Shown here: piece by piece, positions 40,901 to 54,499 of the stretch
Layout of the letters: the number at the start of each line of letters is the position of its first letter
Numbering within the stretch: position 1 is the first letter of the stretch
Source of the DNA: Balanoglossus misakiensis
Lineage: Eukaryota; Animalia; Hemichordata
DNA length: 64,000 nt
Assembly (NCBI GenBank): GCA_040954595.2
Contig: CM082577.2
Location: forward strand, 2,728,001-2,792,000
Direction: 5' to 3'
Made by a program: the position numbers and the translations under genes
Notes under the pieces: generated by a model
Told to the model about the DNA's origin: nothing
What the model saw: only the letters and a program-made list of their open reading frames with translations
The model's database searches: none

Positions 40901-43900
40901 AAATATCCTTAACCAACAGGTAACTAAGAGTAGAGTGGCCGTGTTTATAAAATATGATAGACAAACTGTGTTGATGTGTGAATCACAGATATATTACTGT
41001 GTCACTTTGATACGTACAGACTTTATTTCCAATGTCATGATTTTCTTCCCTGTCTTTTTGGTGCAGTATCTGTCTCAGTGGCAAGTGGGAATGCACAAGG
41101 CGTTACTGCCAACCCGATCTTTACCCGAACTCCATCTGCATAGACCAGAAAACGAACAACCCAGTCAGAAGTGGTGACTCTATCATTAAAGACTGCAACG
41201 TATGGTGAGTGGCAGTTCGACTATAAACATATTCCATATCTTGTTCTGACTGAAAGTGTTTGCCTAGTTGCACAACATAATGAAACTTTGTTTACTTTCC
41301 AGTACAGTATATGTACACTGTGCTGATATATAGGCTAAAAATTTGGCAATAATGCTTTAGGGATTCAAACTAGAAATTGCACACTTAACAAAATTACTCT
41401 GAATCTTTACAGCGTCTGCAACAGTGGTACCTTCACATGCACTGAGGCTGCCTGTATCAGTGGTAAGTCACTTAACCCCATTTTGAGTTTCATACTGAAA
41501 ACGTATGTTGTTTGTATAGTGTATGACTTTCACTTTGATATAAAGGGTCTTTTAATGCATCTTGTATGCCACATATGTCTTCTTTCTGCTCTAGGTAACT
41601 GCTTGGAGCATCAGAGAAGATATGACACTGCCACCGCACCTCTGCCAGGCTCCTACCGCCCAACTTGTCTGCAAGATGGAACATACGCACCAACACAGGT
41701 AAGGTTATAGCGACAGCTGTCATGGTGTTTGAGTTGGTCGTCCTTTCTTATTCACCAATTCTTGCTTGATAATTGATGGTACATGCACGTCCAACTACAT
41801 TGTATGTTACATGTATCAAAATCCCCTAGACATATACTTGTTGGACTTATATTCCACCACAAAATACTGTCTGATGTACACTAGTTGGCCCTGAGTTATA
41901 TATCCATGTTAAAATCCAACTCATGTCGTTCATTTGTTCTCATCCCATTTCAGTGCAATGCTGACAACACGCTCTGTTTCAATGTTGACAAGGAAGGCAA
42001 TCGTATTCCAGATCCCTGCAAGGCTGGAAGCGATACTCCGGACTGGTGCTCACCAGACACAAGTGAGTCCCTCCCCCGATTCCCAACTTTCTGGTCACAC
42101 TTACAGTAGAGTATCATACCATTGTTTGGAAATAGTAATGAGAGCATTTTGTTTAATGACTATTTCTTTCTTCTGTACAGTTAAGGGCGAGTTAATTAGA
42201 GCCCTACGTGTATTTTTAATGACATGATAATCTAGCAAGTGGCCATTGCAAGTCTCATACCAAGCTATCAAATACAGGGTACCACTATATTTTATGAGAG
42301 AAGTCTGCAGTTTCTTTATAGAGATTTCAAATATTTTACAATGCATGCTCGGCATAATCATTAATCACCTATGCATCATGCAGTTTTATCTTGTTCAGTA
42401 TGTTAAAAGTGTCTATGGTTAAAAAAACAGATGATTTTGATATTTACACAGAACCAATCAAGACCTGTGAGACCCAACGCAGTATTGCCGAGAACACACC
42501 TGGTCTGTATCCGCCCACATGTGAACCAGATGGCCGCTACTCCCCACTGCAGTGCCACCTGGGCACCTGGATGTGTCACTGTGTGGACGTCAACGGCATC
42601 ACCATCAAGGGAACAGTGCAGCACATCTCTGAAGGCAAACCGAACTGCGATGAGTACAGAAACAGTAAGTGATATGACCTAGCCATCAACAGTGTGCTCT
42701 CTAATCCCATATGACGCGCCGCTGACTCAATAAACTCACTGGTGCCTCAAGACAATTATCCACACTAAATGCAAAGGTATAGGGCTGACTCAGAAAAATT
42801 TCTAGAAATCCTCAAATTGACTCTTTTTAAAAATTACATGTACATGTATGTTCGTTAGAGGGCACACTGGTCATGATGATGACCCCTGAATTCAGTTCTA
42901 ACTTTCATTGCCGTGTGATTGACTGTGTACTAGTATACTATACATGTACAGTACATACATTGTATTGATCAAAGTGCCAATTGCAAGTTGATAATAATAG
43001 ATACATGGATTGATATTTTTCATTACAGAAAACTTGAAAACTACAACTTCAAGAGATGATACAACCACAACAACAACCACTGTGACAAGTAAGTCTTCGT
43101 GCAAATTATGTTCCTTTGTATTTGATCAGAACACTTTAGTTAGCAAAAAAATGACTTGCTAGAAATTAACTCACAAGTTTCTAGTTTTAGCCAGTTAAAA
43201 AAATACTTGATCTCACACTTATCCCACTATTCCCTCCTTATGAATTCTAGCAAATCCGTGTGCCATTGCTCGCAGAAAGAGCCAGGAACTCGGAATTCCT
43301 TCACCCAACTGTCAGGAAGACGGTACCTTCACACCAATGCAGTGCACTTCACAGATGTGCTACTGTGTGGACAACCAAGGTGTTCTCATCCCAGACACCA
43401 TCACGCCCATCAGGCCCAACATCAGAGTCACCAAACCAAACTGTGAACAGTACAATAGAAGTAAGTAAGATACTGTAGTCTCATTTCTGCTCTCTTTGGT
43501 TAGAGCACAGCACCTACATGTACATGTACAACTGTAGTTCAGTGTGCCCACACTGAAATGTTAATCCCAATTAAAAACTCAGGAACAATTATACACTTCT
43601 TGTAGCCGTGAGGTTTGGATTATTAAACATGAGCCAATGAATACCTTGAACATATATCTCAAAAATGGTGTAGATCTGTTGCAATCATATTTCGAGTCAT
43701 ATTTGTACATGTAGCTGTCATTAAAGCTTTATTCCCATGCATAGACTATGAGGGTGTTGGAATGGTTAAGATACATGTATTACATGATTTGCTGTGTAGC
43801 TAAAAATACTGACTTTGACCACCACATTTTGTTTACACAGTTAACCTGATTACAATCACCCCAATCATGACTGGTGCACAGACAAGCCAGGGACAGAACA

Positions 43901-46900
43901 CCATCAAAGGTATTATCATACCATTTTGTGGTAGATGTATCAAAATGTATATTCCAGCCTGTTATTGCTGCTAAGGCTATTGAGAGTATTACCTGTCTTT
44001 ACCTTGTTCCATCTGTTGAAATTCATCTCAAGAAAATGTTATGAGTGTTTTACTTAGATATCTAGATACAGATTTAGAATTGATAAAAAAATTACATATG
44101 TACATATTTTATTGGTAAATGTTACAATAACAATGTCAAATCGAAAAGTATTATTTTCCAAGTCTTATAAACAGAAGTGAATATGTAAACTTGTCAATAT
44201 GCTGATCAATTGCTGTAACAATTGACTGACGATGTTTATTGTTTACATATTTTCACTCGCCAGTTGAACCCTGCTTCAAGCACCAAGAACTTGCCACCAG
44301 CGTTGACATAACACCCATGGTGTGCAACCCTGAGGATGGCACCTTCGTGCCCAGACAAGTCCTATCCGAAGCCACCTACTGCGTAGACAGTAATGGCGTC
44401 ACTATCCCTGGCACAGTGACTCTGAACACTCCTCAAGACACTGCACCAGAATGTGAACAATACAAGAGCTGTGAGTACCATATATACTGTAAAACGGGAG
44501 ATTTTCGTGATATCAACAGTGGCGACATTTCCAGGACGATTAATTTTCGTGTTCGGGCGTTCTCTTTATCTCCGAATAATATTGTACATATTGTTCTTTC
44601 GCAACTATTTATTATCTTGTTCTTTTGGCTCTCACGAAGTTCGTGAAAAATTTATCATACATGAAATTCTGTTACCTTGTATATTTTCAGTGTCCCTGAC
44701 GACAGAAATGAACTTGAAGACAGCCATGGTGACACCCATCACTCTCTCAACTCCTCTGGGACCACAGACTGTGTATGTTATCCCTGAACCCAACACAACC
44801 ATTGCATCTGTTACCCTACCAAAGAACATGAACATCACCAGTAAGTACATGTACTGTTGCAAATATTCTAACCAAGTTAAGAAAATAATCTTCTGAGATG
44901 CAAAAATTCAATCATCATTAATATTATTATTTATTTGAATCAGGCTCTAGGGCCCATAGAAATAGTTTAAAATATGTATACACATCGGTACACCAAAACA
45001 GTCAATCAATACAGCGATCAGTATAAAAAATTCCTCCAGTGCCTGCTCTGTTAGGAATCTATACGGAATTGTTTAAAAAAAGGTAGATGCTGACTGGTCG
45101 GTTCAATTCCTGAGATTTGAATAAGCCAATAAGGTAATCTCCTCAGCACAGGTTAAAAGTATACTCACTAATGGTCAACAATCTGTCTTTCATTTTGCCC
45201 AGACCTGTCCATGTGCACACGTCTACAGTTGATTGCCATCACCTTGGAGGTTCCATCGCCAACCTGTGAACCCAACGGCACATTCACACCCCTGCAGTGC
45301 ACTTCAACTGCATGTTACTGTGTGGACACTGAGGGAATGACAATCCCTGGCACGGAGACTGAAATCACTCCGATGCTCACCAAAAAGATCAACAAAACTG
45401 TCTGTGAAAAATACAGGACTGGTAAGTAACTGTCATTTGATTAATACACCCTCTGCTGTATAACCTGTGGCGTACTTGTGTGCAATAAGCGTTCTCGTGT
45501 TTGTAAATCCAGTGGTCCAAGATCATGAACTATTTTTTTGTTCTTGCAGTCACCATCACTCCAAGCATGTCAGTTGTTTCTGAGGTACGACCAACAGGTA
45601 AGTCAGTTTTCTATTGCTCTCCCCCCTTTAAAAGCTGATTGAAGTATATACATGTACCAGAATTGAATATTGACAAATATGTTTGGTGTATGTAACAGAA
45701 ATCAGTGCAGGGGAGCTACATGTACATTTGGTCCTAAAAATCCAACGTGTATTGTGGCTGCCATGATGTACCATCTGATACATGTTACACTTCAAAGACT
45801 ATTGTGTAAACTTAGCAGCTAGAGCTGAACTCTAATGTTAAAATATTATTTTTACATTGTCTTCTTTTCCGTTTTCAAATTATAGATTGGCAGATATATG
45901 TTAAGTCCTGTTTTATGGATATTTGTGTTTGTGTTGTACTTAATTCATGTATTATTGTTAACTTGTAGCTGCACCAGATACTGTACGACCGTCAGGTAAG
46001 TGAGTTTTCAATTGCTGAACTTAGCAGCCTTTACACTTACAGCTGAACTACTGCAGTTTTCAAATTATAGATTGGCAGATACAGAGTATGTGTTTAAGTC
46101 ATGTTTTATGGGTATTTGTGTTTGTTATGTACTTACATGTAATTCATGTGTTATTGTTAACTTGTAGTTGCACCAGATACGGTACGACCATCAGGTAAGT
46201 CAGTTTTCTATTGCTTGCCTTGTAAAAATACAGTACATGTATGCGTGCGGCACATTTATATGACAGAAATCAATGCATGCATACATGCAGAGGCTACAAA
46301 TCGATGGTATATTACGGCTTCCATCTGATACACCCTAAAGACTATTATGTAAACTCATGAACTTAATTAGCAGCCTTAACAGCTGAACTAGTTTTCTAAT
46401 TATAGATTGGCAGATATGATTAAGTCCTGTTTTATGGGTATACTGGTGTGTTTGTTATACTTACCATAATTCTCATGTGTTAACTTTTAGCTGCACCAGA
46501 TAGGGTACGACCATCAGGTAAGTCAGTTTTCTATTGCTTGCCTTTAAAAAGTTGAAGTATATACCAGAATTGAATATTGACAAATATATGATATATGCGT
46601 GTGGCACTTTTATGTATGACTGAAATCAATGCATGCATACATTCAGGATCTACATTGTGCAAATCCAGGGTATATTACGGCATCCATCTGATACACCCTA
46701 AAGACTATTATGTAAAGTCATGAACTTAGCAGCCTTTACAGCTGAACTAGTTTTCAAATTATAGATTTGCAGATATGTTTAAGTCCTGTTTTATAGGTAA
46801 TTTGTGTTTGTGTTACATACTTACCGTAATTCTCATATGTTATGTTTACTTCTAGCTGAACCAGATAAGGTACGACCATCAGGTAAGTCAGTTTTCAATT

Positions 46901-49900
46901 GCTTGCCTTTTAAAAGCTGAAGTTACCAGAATGTATGTGTGTGGCACTTTTATGTATGACTGAAATCAATGCATGCATACATTAATTCAGAGGCTACAAA
47001 TCGAAGGTATATTACAGCTTCCATCTGATATACCCCAAAGACTATTATGTAAATTCATGAACTTAGCAGCCTTTACAGCTGAACTAGTGTTCAAATTATA
47101 TATTGGCAGATATTTTTTTTTGTGTTGTACTAATCGTAATTCTCATGTGTTAACTTGTAGCTGAACCAGATAAGGTACGACCATCAGGTAAGTCAGTTTT
47201 CTATTGCTCTCTTTTTAGAAGCTAAAGTAAATACCAGAATTGTTTGACAGATATGTTTAGGTTCTGTTTTATGGGTATTTGTGTTTGTTATGTACTTAAT
47301 TCATGTGTTATTGTTAACTTGTAGTTGCACCAGATACAGTACGACCATCAGGTAAGTCAGTTTTCTATTGCTTGCCTTTTAAAAGCTGAAGTATATACCA
47401 GAATTGAATATTGTCAAATACATGTACCGGTACATGTATGTATATGACAGCTGAACTGCTATAGTTTTCAAAATATAGATTAGCAGATATGTTTCAGTCC
47501 TGTTTTCTGGGTATTTGTGTTTGTCATGTACTTAATAAATGTGTTATATTAACTTGTAGTTGCACCAGATACCGTTTTGACTGGAACATGGTCGGAGAAA
47601 TTGAAAATCCAGTTCCCAGGTACATGTTAAGATTGACTAAATTTTACAGAGAGAGATAAAAAGGGGGGAGGGGCAGTGAGAATATAGAAATACAGTAAGA
47701 GACATATAAAGAAAAGACAGAGGCAGAAACAAATATATATAGATGTTGAAAGACTGGGGGGGGGGCAGTTTCTTTTTTAGTAAAGTGTGGGTGATTTCAT
47801 TTGTGATGTTTACAGATGATACACCATGCCAGCAACACTATGACTTGGTCAAGGAGAATGACATCTCAGATGCTTTGGATTGTCATCCCAGTGGAGTATT
47901 TGCCGCCACCCAGCAGAATGTGAGTGGTGTTGTCTTCTGTGTTGATGTCAGAGGCATCACAATACCTGGCACAGTCCTCGTCAACACCACCGGCGAAGTA
48001 CCAAGCGACTACTGCCAGTCGTATACAACAGGTGAGTGTGGTATGAAATGAAACCGCAAAACAGGTGCATGTGTTTATAGCCAAGAGAGTGCCAAGCGTA
48101 CAAGACTGGCACTTTATAGTGTGATATACATGTACAATACATTGGAATGTAGTTAACCAATAGAATAATACCAAAACAAAATGTACAAGTGAGTGTGATG
48201 ATCCGATGGAATGAATGTGTACAGAACAGGGAAGTGATTGTTTCATGCTTCACCAGATTTGATGAGCCTGTAGTAAGTCAGCTGTACAAGCCAGAAGTTG
48301 TAGCTTTGACTATGTCAATACTTATTACAAGATAATTTCTTTGTTTTCATGAAAATAATAGATCATTCTACATGTATTTACACAAAGATAGATATAATTC
48401 CACTCACATCGTTAATTAAATGTGTGCATTATCCCTGTTTTAATAAACAATAAAATCACAAAATTGCCCATGTTCTTTCTCCAGTGAATCTGGCCGCGAC
48501 ATTGCCAGTACTTCCAAACCCAGTGGTGCGTCCAATCACCATTCCCACACCACTCGGACCCAAGACTGTCTACATCGTGCCGGATAACCCACTGGTGGAC
48601 ACTCTGCTGCCACTGGCCAACAACACAGGCAACAAACCAAACATCACTTACAGTAAGCAACATCTAATACAAATAAACACATGCTGTTATTTGTAGTTTT
48701 GATCATGCCAGAATTGTCATTGTGCACAGTTTTTGATTTTTCTCTATCATCGCCAAAGATTCGAAATTTTGATCTGATATGCACATTGGGTTTGCATGCC
48801 AATAATGGTGGTATGACTGTTGTGTCTCTTCAGCTATCCCACCATGCACTCGTGTGCTGGAACTGACCGCAGCCCTGGGCCTGCCAACTCCTTCGTGCCA
48901 CCCAGAGAATGGTACCTTCACACCCCTGCAGTGCGACAGCGTTGTCTGCATGTGTGTGGACACCCAGGGTGCCATCATTCCAGGAACCATCACCAAGAAG
49001 ACAGCTGATGTCGATACTCCAGACTGTGAGGAGTACAGGAATGGTAAGCTGGGATATGTTACTTAGGGTTCTAGGACACGCACCCCCTGGACTCTTCATA
49101 TTACCCTAACTTTCTTGAGGAACTGTGCCTAACCCTGAACATGATCATTTAATTGGTTGCGTTAACTAATAAATTGAGAATATGAATATACATGTATGTC
49201 AGATCTGATGGGACTGGACAGCCATATTTTATTGCCTTTAGCACATATCTTTTCCATGGAATCTAATTATTTTGTATTTCCTGCTTGCTCTAGTTCTGAT
49301 CGCACCAGTCTTCCCAACACAGATAACTAAAACTGTGAATGTGGATCAGATGATGCCTAAGAAAGTCCCACACAGTAAGTGTATCATTCGTTTTATATTG
49401 TTGTGGAAAAGGATAAGCAAAGTGCTTCAAAGTTGTTTTTGAGCATTTTTTTAAAAATCAGTAAATTTTGAAATAAATCACACTGAGGTAAATGGACATG
49501 TATTGGCATATACATACATGAAGCATGCACATCAGTGATATTGACACGAGAAAATATGGATTTATTCATCTTAAAATGACTGATAATGTTTGGTTTTGGT
49601 TCCGACAGCTACCTGTGAGAAACACCAGAAGTTCATTGAAGAACACAACATTCCTTCACTGACTTGCCATCCAGAGAACGGCACTTTCACTCCCATGCAG
49701 TGTCAAGACGATGTCTGCTACTGTGTGGACATGTTTGGCGTCACCATCCCTGGCACTGTGACTGTTGTCACCCCCACAAATCCAGCACCTGTCTGTGAAG
49801 AATACAGGATTGGTGAGTTTTTCTTAATTTGTACGTGGGGATTGAATGGACAGGGGCATTTGTTCTGTGTTGAACACAATTTTCTAAGTTCACTAGCCAC

Positions 49901-52900
49901 AATAACTTTGTGTGCTATTTATCCCATTTGTACATATACAGAACTCCATGACCACTGCACCCAATTTTTTCCATGCAGAAGTTACTTTCACAAGTGATGC
50001 AGTGCATTCTGCTGCTGTACTTTCACAAGTGTAGCAGAAATCTCTGTATCATGAGCTGAAAGATGAAGAATATGAAGTTCACTCTTAGTTTAATATGGCC
50101 GAGTGTGACTGATGACTTTTACTTTAATAATACTATTAAACACTATCCAAAGGTTGTCCAACCTAAATAACACATTCTCTTGATATGTTATTGACAGTTA
50201 ACATGAATGCTACTTTGACCGTGCAACCAACTCCACTGATCACACCAGTGACAATCCACACACCAGATGGTCCCCAGACAGTCTGGACAGTATCACAGGC
50301 TTTGAACAACATCACCACATCTAATGTCAACACTGCAAGTAAGTGTCCTTTCAGTATACTCAATCTTCTCGTATTGGCATTTGGTACAACAATCGCATTG
50401 TTTTAGCTATGTTATGAATAAGATGAAAAGGGTTTTTATAGAGCAGATTTTGAATTATTTTTGTAACTCACTGTGGTTTCTCTGCTAACCTGAATTCCCT
50501 GGTTGTCTGCACACAGCCATTCCAGTCTGCACCAGACACCAACTGATTGCCCAGCTGATGAAGGTGACACCACCAAACTGCACCAAAGATGGACTGTTCG
50601 TACCTCAGCAGTTCACTGAGACTGTGACCTACTGCGTGGATGTTCAGGGCACCATTGTGACGGACACCATCACGCTCCTCAACAGAGACTCTAATGTGAA
50701 ATTGAACTGTGACCATTCAAAATCAAGTGAGTGGAATAACTAAATAAATGTTCAGTTATCCTGCTGAAATAAGTATGTTAATAATGCTGTACTTTGAGAG
50801 AGTTACGATGGAGAAATTGTTATGCTCTTATCATTGAACTTTTTAAAAGACTGAGCCATGAGAATATGTAGTGATATTGCGAAGTGGACACTAAATAGTG
50901 CACTTTTTTTCACAACAGTTGATATAACTCCAAAAGTGATAACAACTAGCAATCCAGTTGGTGAGTATTAAAATTATGTTTTTAGATTTTAAAAAGAACA
51001 GAGATGGAGATAGAAAAAAATATAAATAGACTTTTGAGAGTAGTTTTGGGATGAATAGAGCAAATTTTCAATGAGCAAGTTCCATCTAGATTATGATTAT
51101 TTTAATTACATCATGTCAAAACATAACGCGTTATGACGAACTTTTAAGATTTCCCGATGTAACATCCTTTTCAGCTGATCAGCTATGCAGGGAACACCGA
51201 AGCAAGGTCAGGCAATTTGGCGTGCCTAGTCTGGACTGTTACCGGGAGAATGCTACCTTTGTGCCTGTGCAGAGACACTATGATATTGCCTTCTGTGTTG
51301 ATGTGCGGGGAGTTGCCATCCCAGGCACTCTCTCACCAATCGCCTCTGACAAGACAACTGAACAGACCTGTGAGAAATTCAGATATGGTAAGTATAGTAT
51401 TTGCTTTCTTTAAAACAGGCTCTGAAAGTTATGTGGCCCTAATTACTTATGATAACAAATAAATTTGAATATGACTGAAATATTTTGAAAAATTTAACTT
51501 TGTTTCCTGTGGAGAATCATTTGGAAACGGTCATCAACTTGACATAAAGATTGTTGTTATCTTTAAGTTACAATTGTAGAAATAATGTCTTTCGATGTTT
51601 CAATTTCAAAAAGTTAATTTCAATCATTTATTGTGGAACTATGGAAAATATTTGCTTCACAATCCCACAGTAAACGTGGAGACGGTTGCTGTCAGCCTTC
51701 CACAACCCAAGGTTCAACCACAGGTGATTCCAGTCACTGTGTTCACACCATACGGACCCAGGACAGTGTTTATGCCTCTTCCCACTGAGACTACAGTCAC
51801 ACAGACAACTACATCTACCTGTAAGTGTAGTCATCCGTTTATTTTAACTTCTAATGGATTGGGCTCTATGCATCCAAGCGTCTATCTGTATCCAATTACT
51901 CCAACATGCCTGGACCAATTTCATTCAAACTTTTTAAATGGACAATGAACCTTGATAGTACATACTACAAATGAAGGCATGTCAATTTATTTGGCGATCC
52001 ATAATATACTTTGGAATTAACATACATAGCTTTTGGTAACATTTATCGAGAAAAAAAAACATCGAAAAAAGGGTCAGAAAATAAAGCGGTCCCAGAAAAG
52101 CCCGCAAAATGTGTTTGTTACAGTGTAAAATCAACTGTATATATTTGTTGTAAAGCCTTCTGTCTTGTAGCCCTCTCTTTTCAAAAACTGTGTTCACATG
52201 GCTTTCATTGAATCTTGCATTGCACCTTTTGAAATCTAATTGGTGCAAGCCCACTTTTCTACCCTGTTTCAGCCATCCCAGCATGCGTAAAGCAACAGCA
52301 AGTGGCCCTGGCTATGGGCACCCAGCCACCGACCTGCCAGTCCAACGGTACCTTCACCCCACTGCAGTGTACCAAGAAAGCCTGCTACTGTGTGGACACA
52401 CAGGGTACCATTGTCCCAGGCACAGCTGTACCCATCACTCCATACACCAAGACTATGAACCTCAACTGCAATGGTTTCTGGAATAGTAAGTGTGTCGCCA
52501 TCCATGGATGCTACCAGTATTCTTTGGTTTAATTGATCCACATGGTTTCACTGTATCAGTCAGACCTATGCAGAAGGCAGTAGGGATGACAGCACTTAAT
52601 TTATATACATGTAATGCTTCATACTCTTGTTTTGAGATTATCAAATAATGAAATAACGTTTTTGAACAATTCAGCTTAATGCACAGTGAAATACATCAAC
52701 TTACACGTTGCCATTTTTTTTCAGCCACACTTGTAAACACCGCAGAAACCAAAACGAACACTAGAAGCAACAGAAATAATGAGAGAAACCCAGCTGAAGA
52801 AAGTAAGTTACATTACAAGATAATTATTAATCTATCTTTCATATCATATTTGTCAATAAACTTTTTTCAACAAAATACATGTGATTTATATATGTCCCTT

Positions 52901-54466
52901 CTTGAAAAAAAAGTGATCAGCAATGTCTGAAGAAAGTGGTATAGTTGGTAACTAAAGATTTCTGTGAGACTGATGATATTCTCTTCCCACAGTCTGCATT
53001 CGCACCAAAGAAACCACAGAATCCATGAATGTACCCAACATGCAGTGTCTGCCAGATGGCTCATTCTCTCCGCTGCAAATCACCAACAACGTGTACTACT
53101 GTGTCGATGTGCAAGGCAAAGTTGTTCCAGGAAGTCTGACTCCAATCGCCAACAATGTGATGGAACCAAATTGTGACATCTTCAAAAAAGGTATGTATGA
53201 TTTTAGTCTGCAGAAGTGTGTATATCATGACGAAAATGCACTTTGAACTGAGTTTCAAGGTACATGATGATCCGTAACATTGTGTGTTGAGCCATCAATG
53301 TCTGCTTGAGTCAAAATTAACCAAATTGTCTTTGTAAGGTTGTAGCTGTTTGACATTCTTTTTCCAAAATTGTTTTCATATACTAAAAAAATGCATTAGT
53401 TTACGTTAACAACTGTTGTTAGAAACTGATGAAAATTTTGTAATTCATATAATCCTTGGACTGTTTTGACAATGTTTGATTAATAGAACTCACATTGAAT
53501 GGTTTTTTCTGTCTATCACTTTGCTATACAGTCAATTTCACCACAACTACCGCCGTACCACCAATGCCGGTCTCCTTGCCAGTGGTCACTCCAATCACCA
53601 TCAGCACGCCATTCGGATCTCAGATCATCTATGTGGTGCCAGAGATCAGTACCAACCTGACATCAACCACTGAGCCCACTACCAAGCCAATTGTGGTGCC
53701 AATTGCCACCAACACAAGTAAGTTGAAATTACAACCTCTGTCCTGCTTCCACTTCCAGCTTAACCTTTTCACCACATTTTGCTCTTGCTTTTTTTTCATA
53801 GCTGTATCACCGTGCACACGCGCCCAACAGATTGCCAAGATCCTGAAGACCCCATCTCCAACCTGCCAAGAGAGTGGCTCTTTCCAACCTACCCAGTGCA
53901 GTAGGGACGTAAATGTTTGCTATTGTGTTGATGTCAACGGCGTGATCATCCCAGATACCATCAGCCCAGCCTGGACAGGTTCTCTCAATTGTGAAGAATT
54001 CGGCAAAGGTATGGTACATTAATTGTTGTTCAAATTCTACTAGAAACATTGTGTCATGGCCCACTTAAGCATGTACCAATAATGCATCAGTGATACTTTT
54101 GTGCAAGAGACCTGTTTTGTATGACACTTTTCCAATCTCGAAAGGCCATACATTGTGTCTGGAAAGAATCCAGAATTTGGCAGTATACATGTATGAGTCA
54201 ATGAAAACCAGATAACTAACAAGAATTTTGATAATTGTACTGAGTTGTATGTTTCTGTTGTTTTTTTTCAACAGTAACTGTCATTAATACAACTGTCACA
54301 ACAGTTTCCACCAACAATAACAACGGTAAGTTCATTATTGCATTTCTGAATAGGCCTTGCCTCTACTCTTGGTGAAAATGGTGTGTGCTCATGACTATTT
54401 ACCAGTAGTTTTTTAATGGAGATGACCAATGATGTTGCTTAAATTGCATTTTAGCCACCGTAGACT

Positions 54467-54499
<33 letters not shown>

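Noticed and set aside
45969-47351. CRISPR-like appearance of short conserved repeats with spacers, and similarity of APDTVRPS to the MUC1 APDTRP repeat
   Set aside because: The spacers are homologous introns with GT-AG ends in a eukaryotic gene, and there are no cas genes. The MUC1 resemblance is short and explained by the chimeric origin of the exon.
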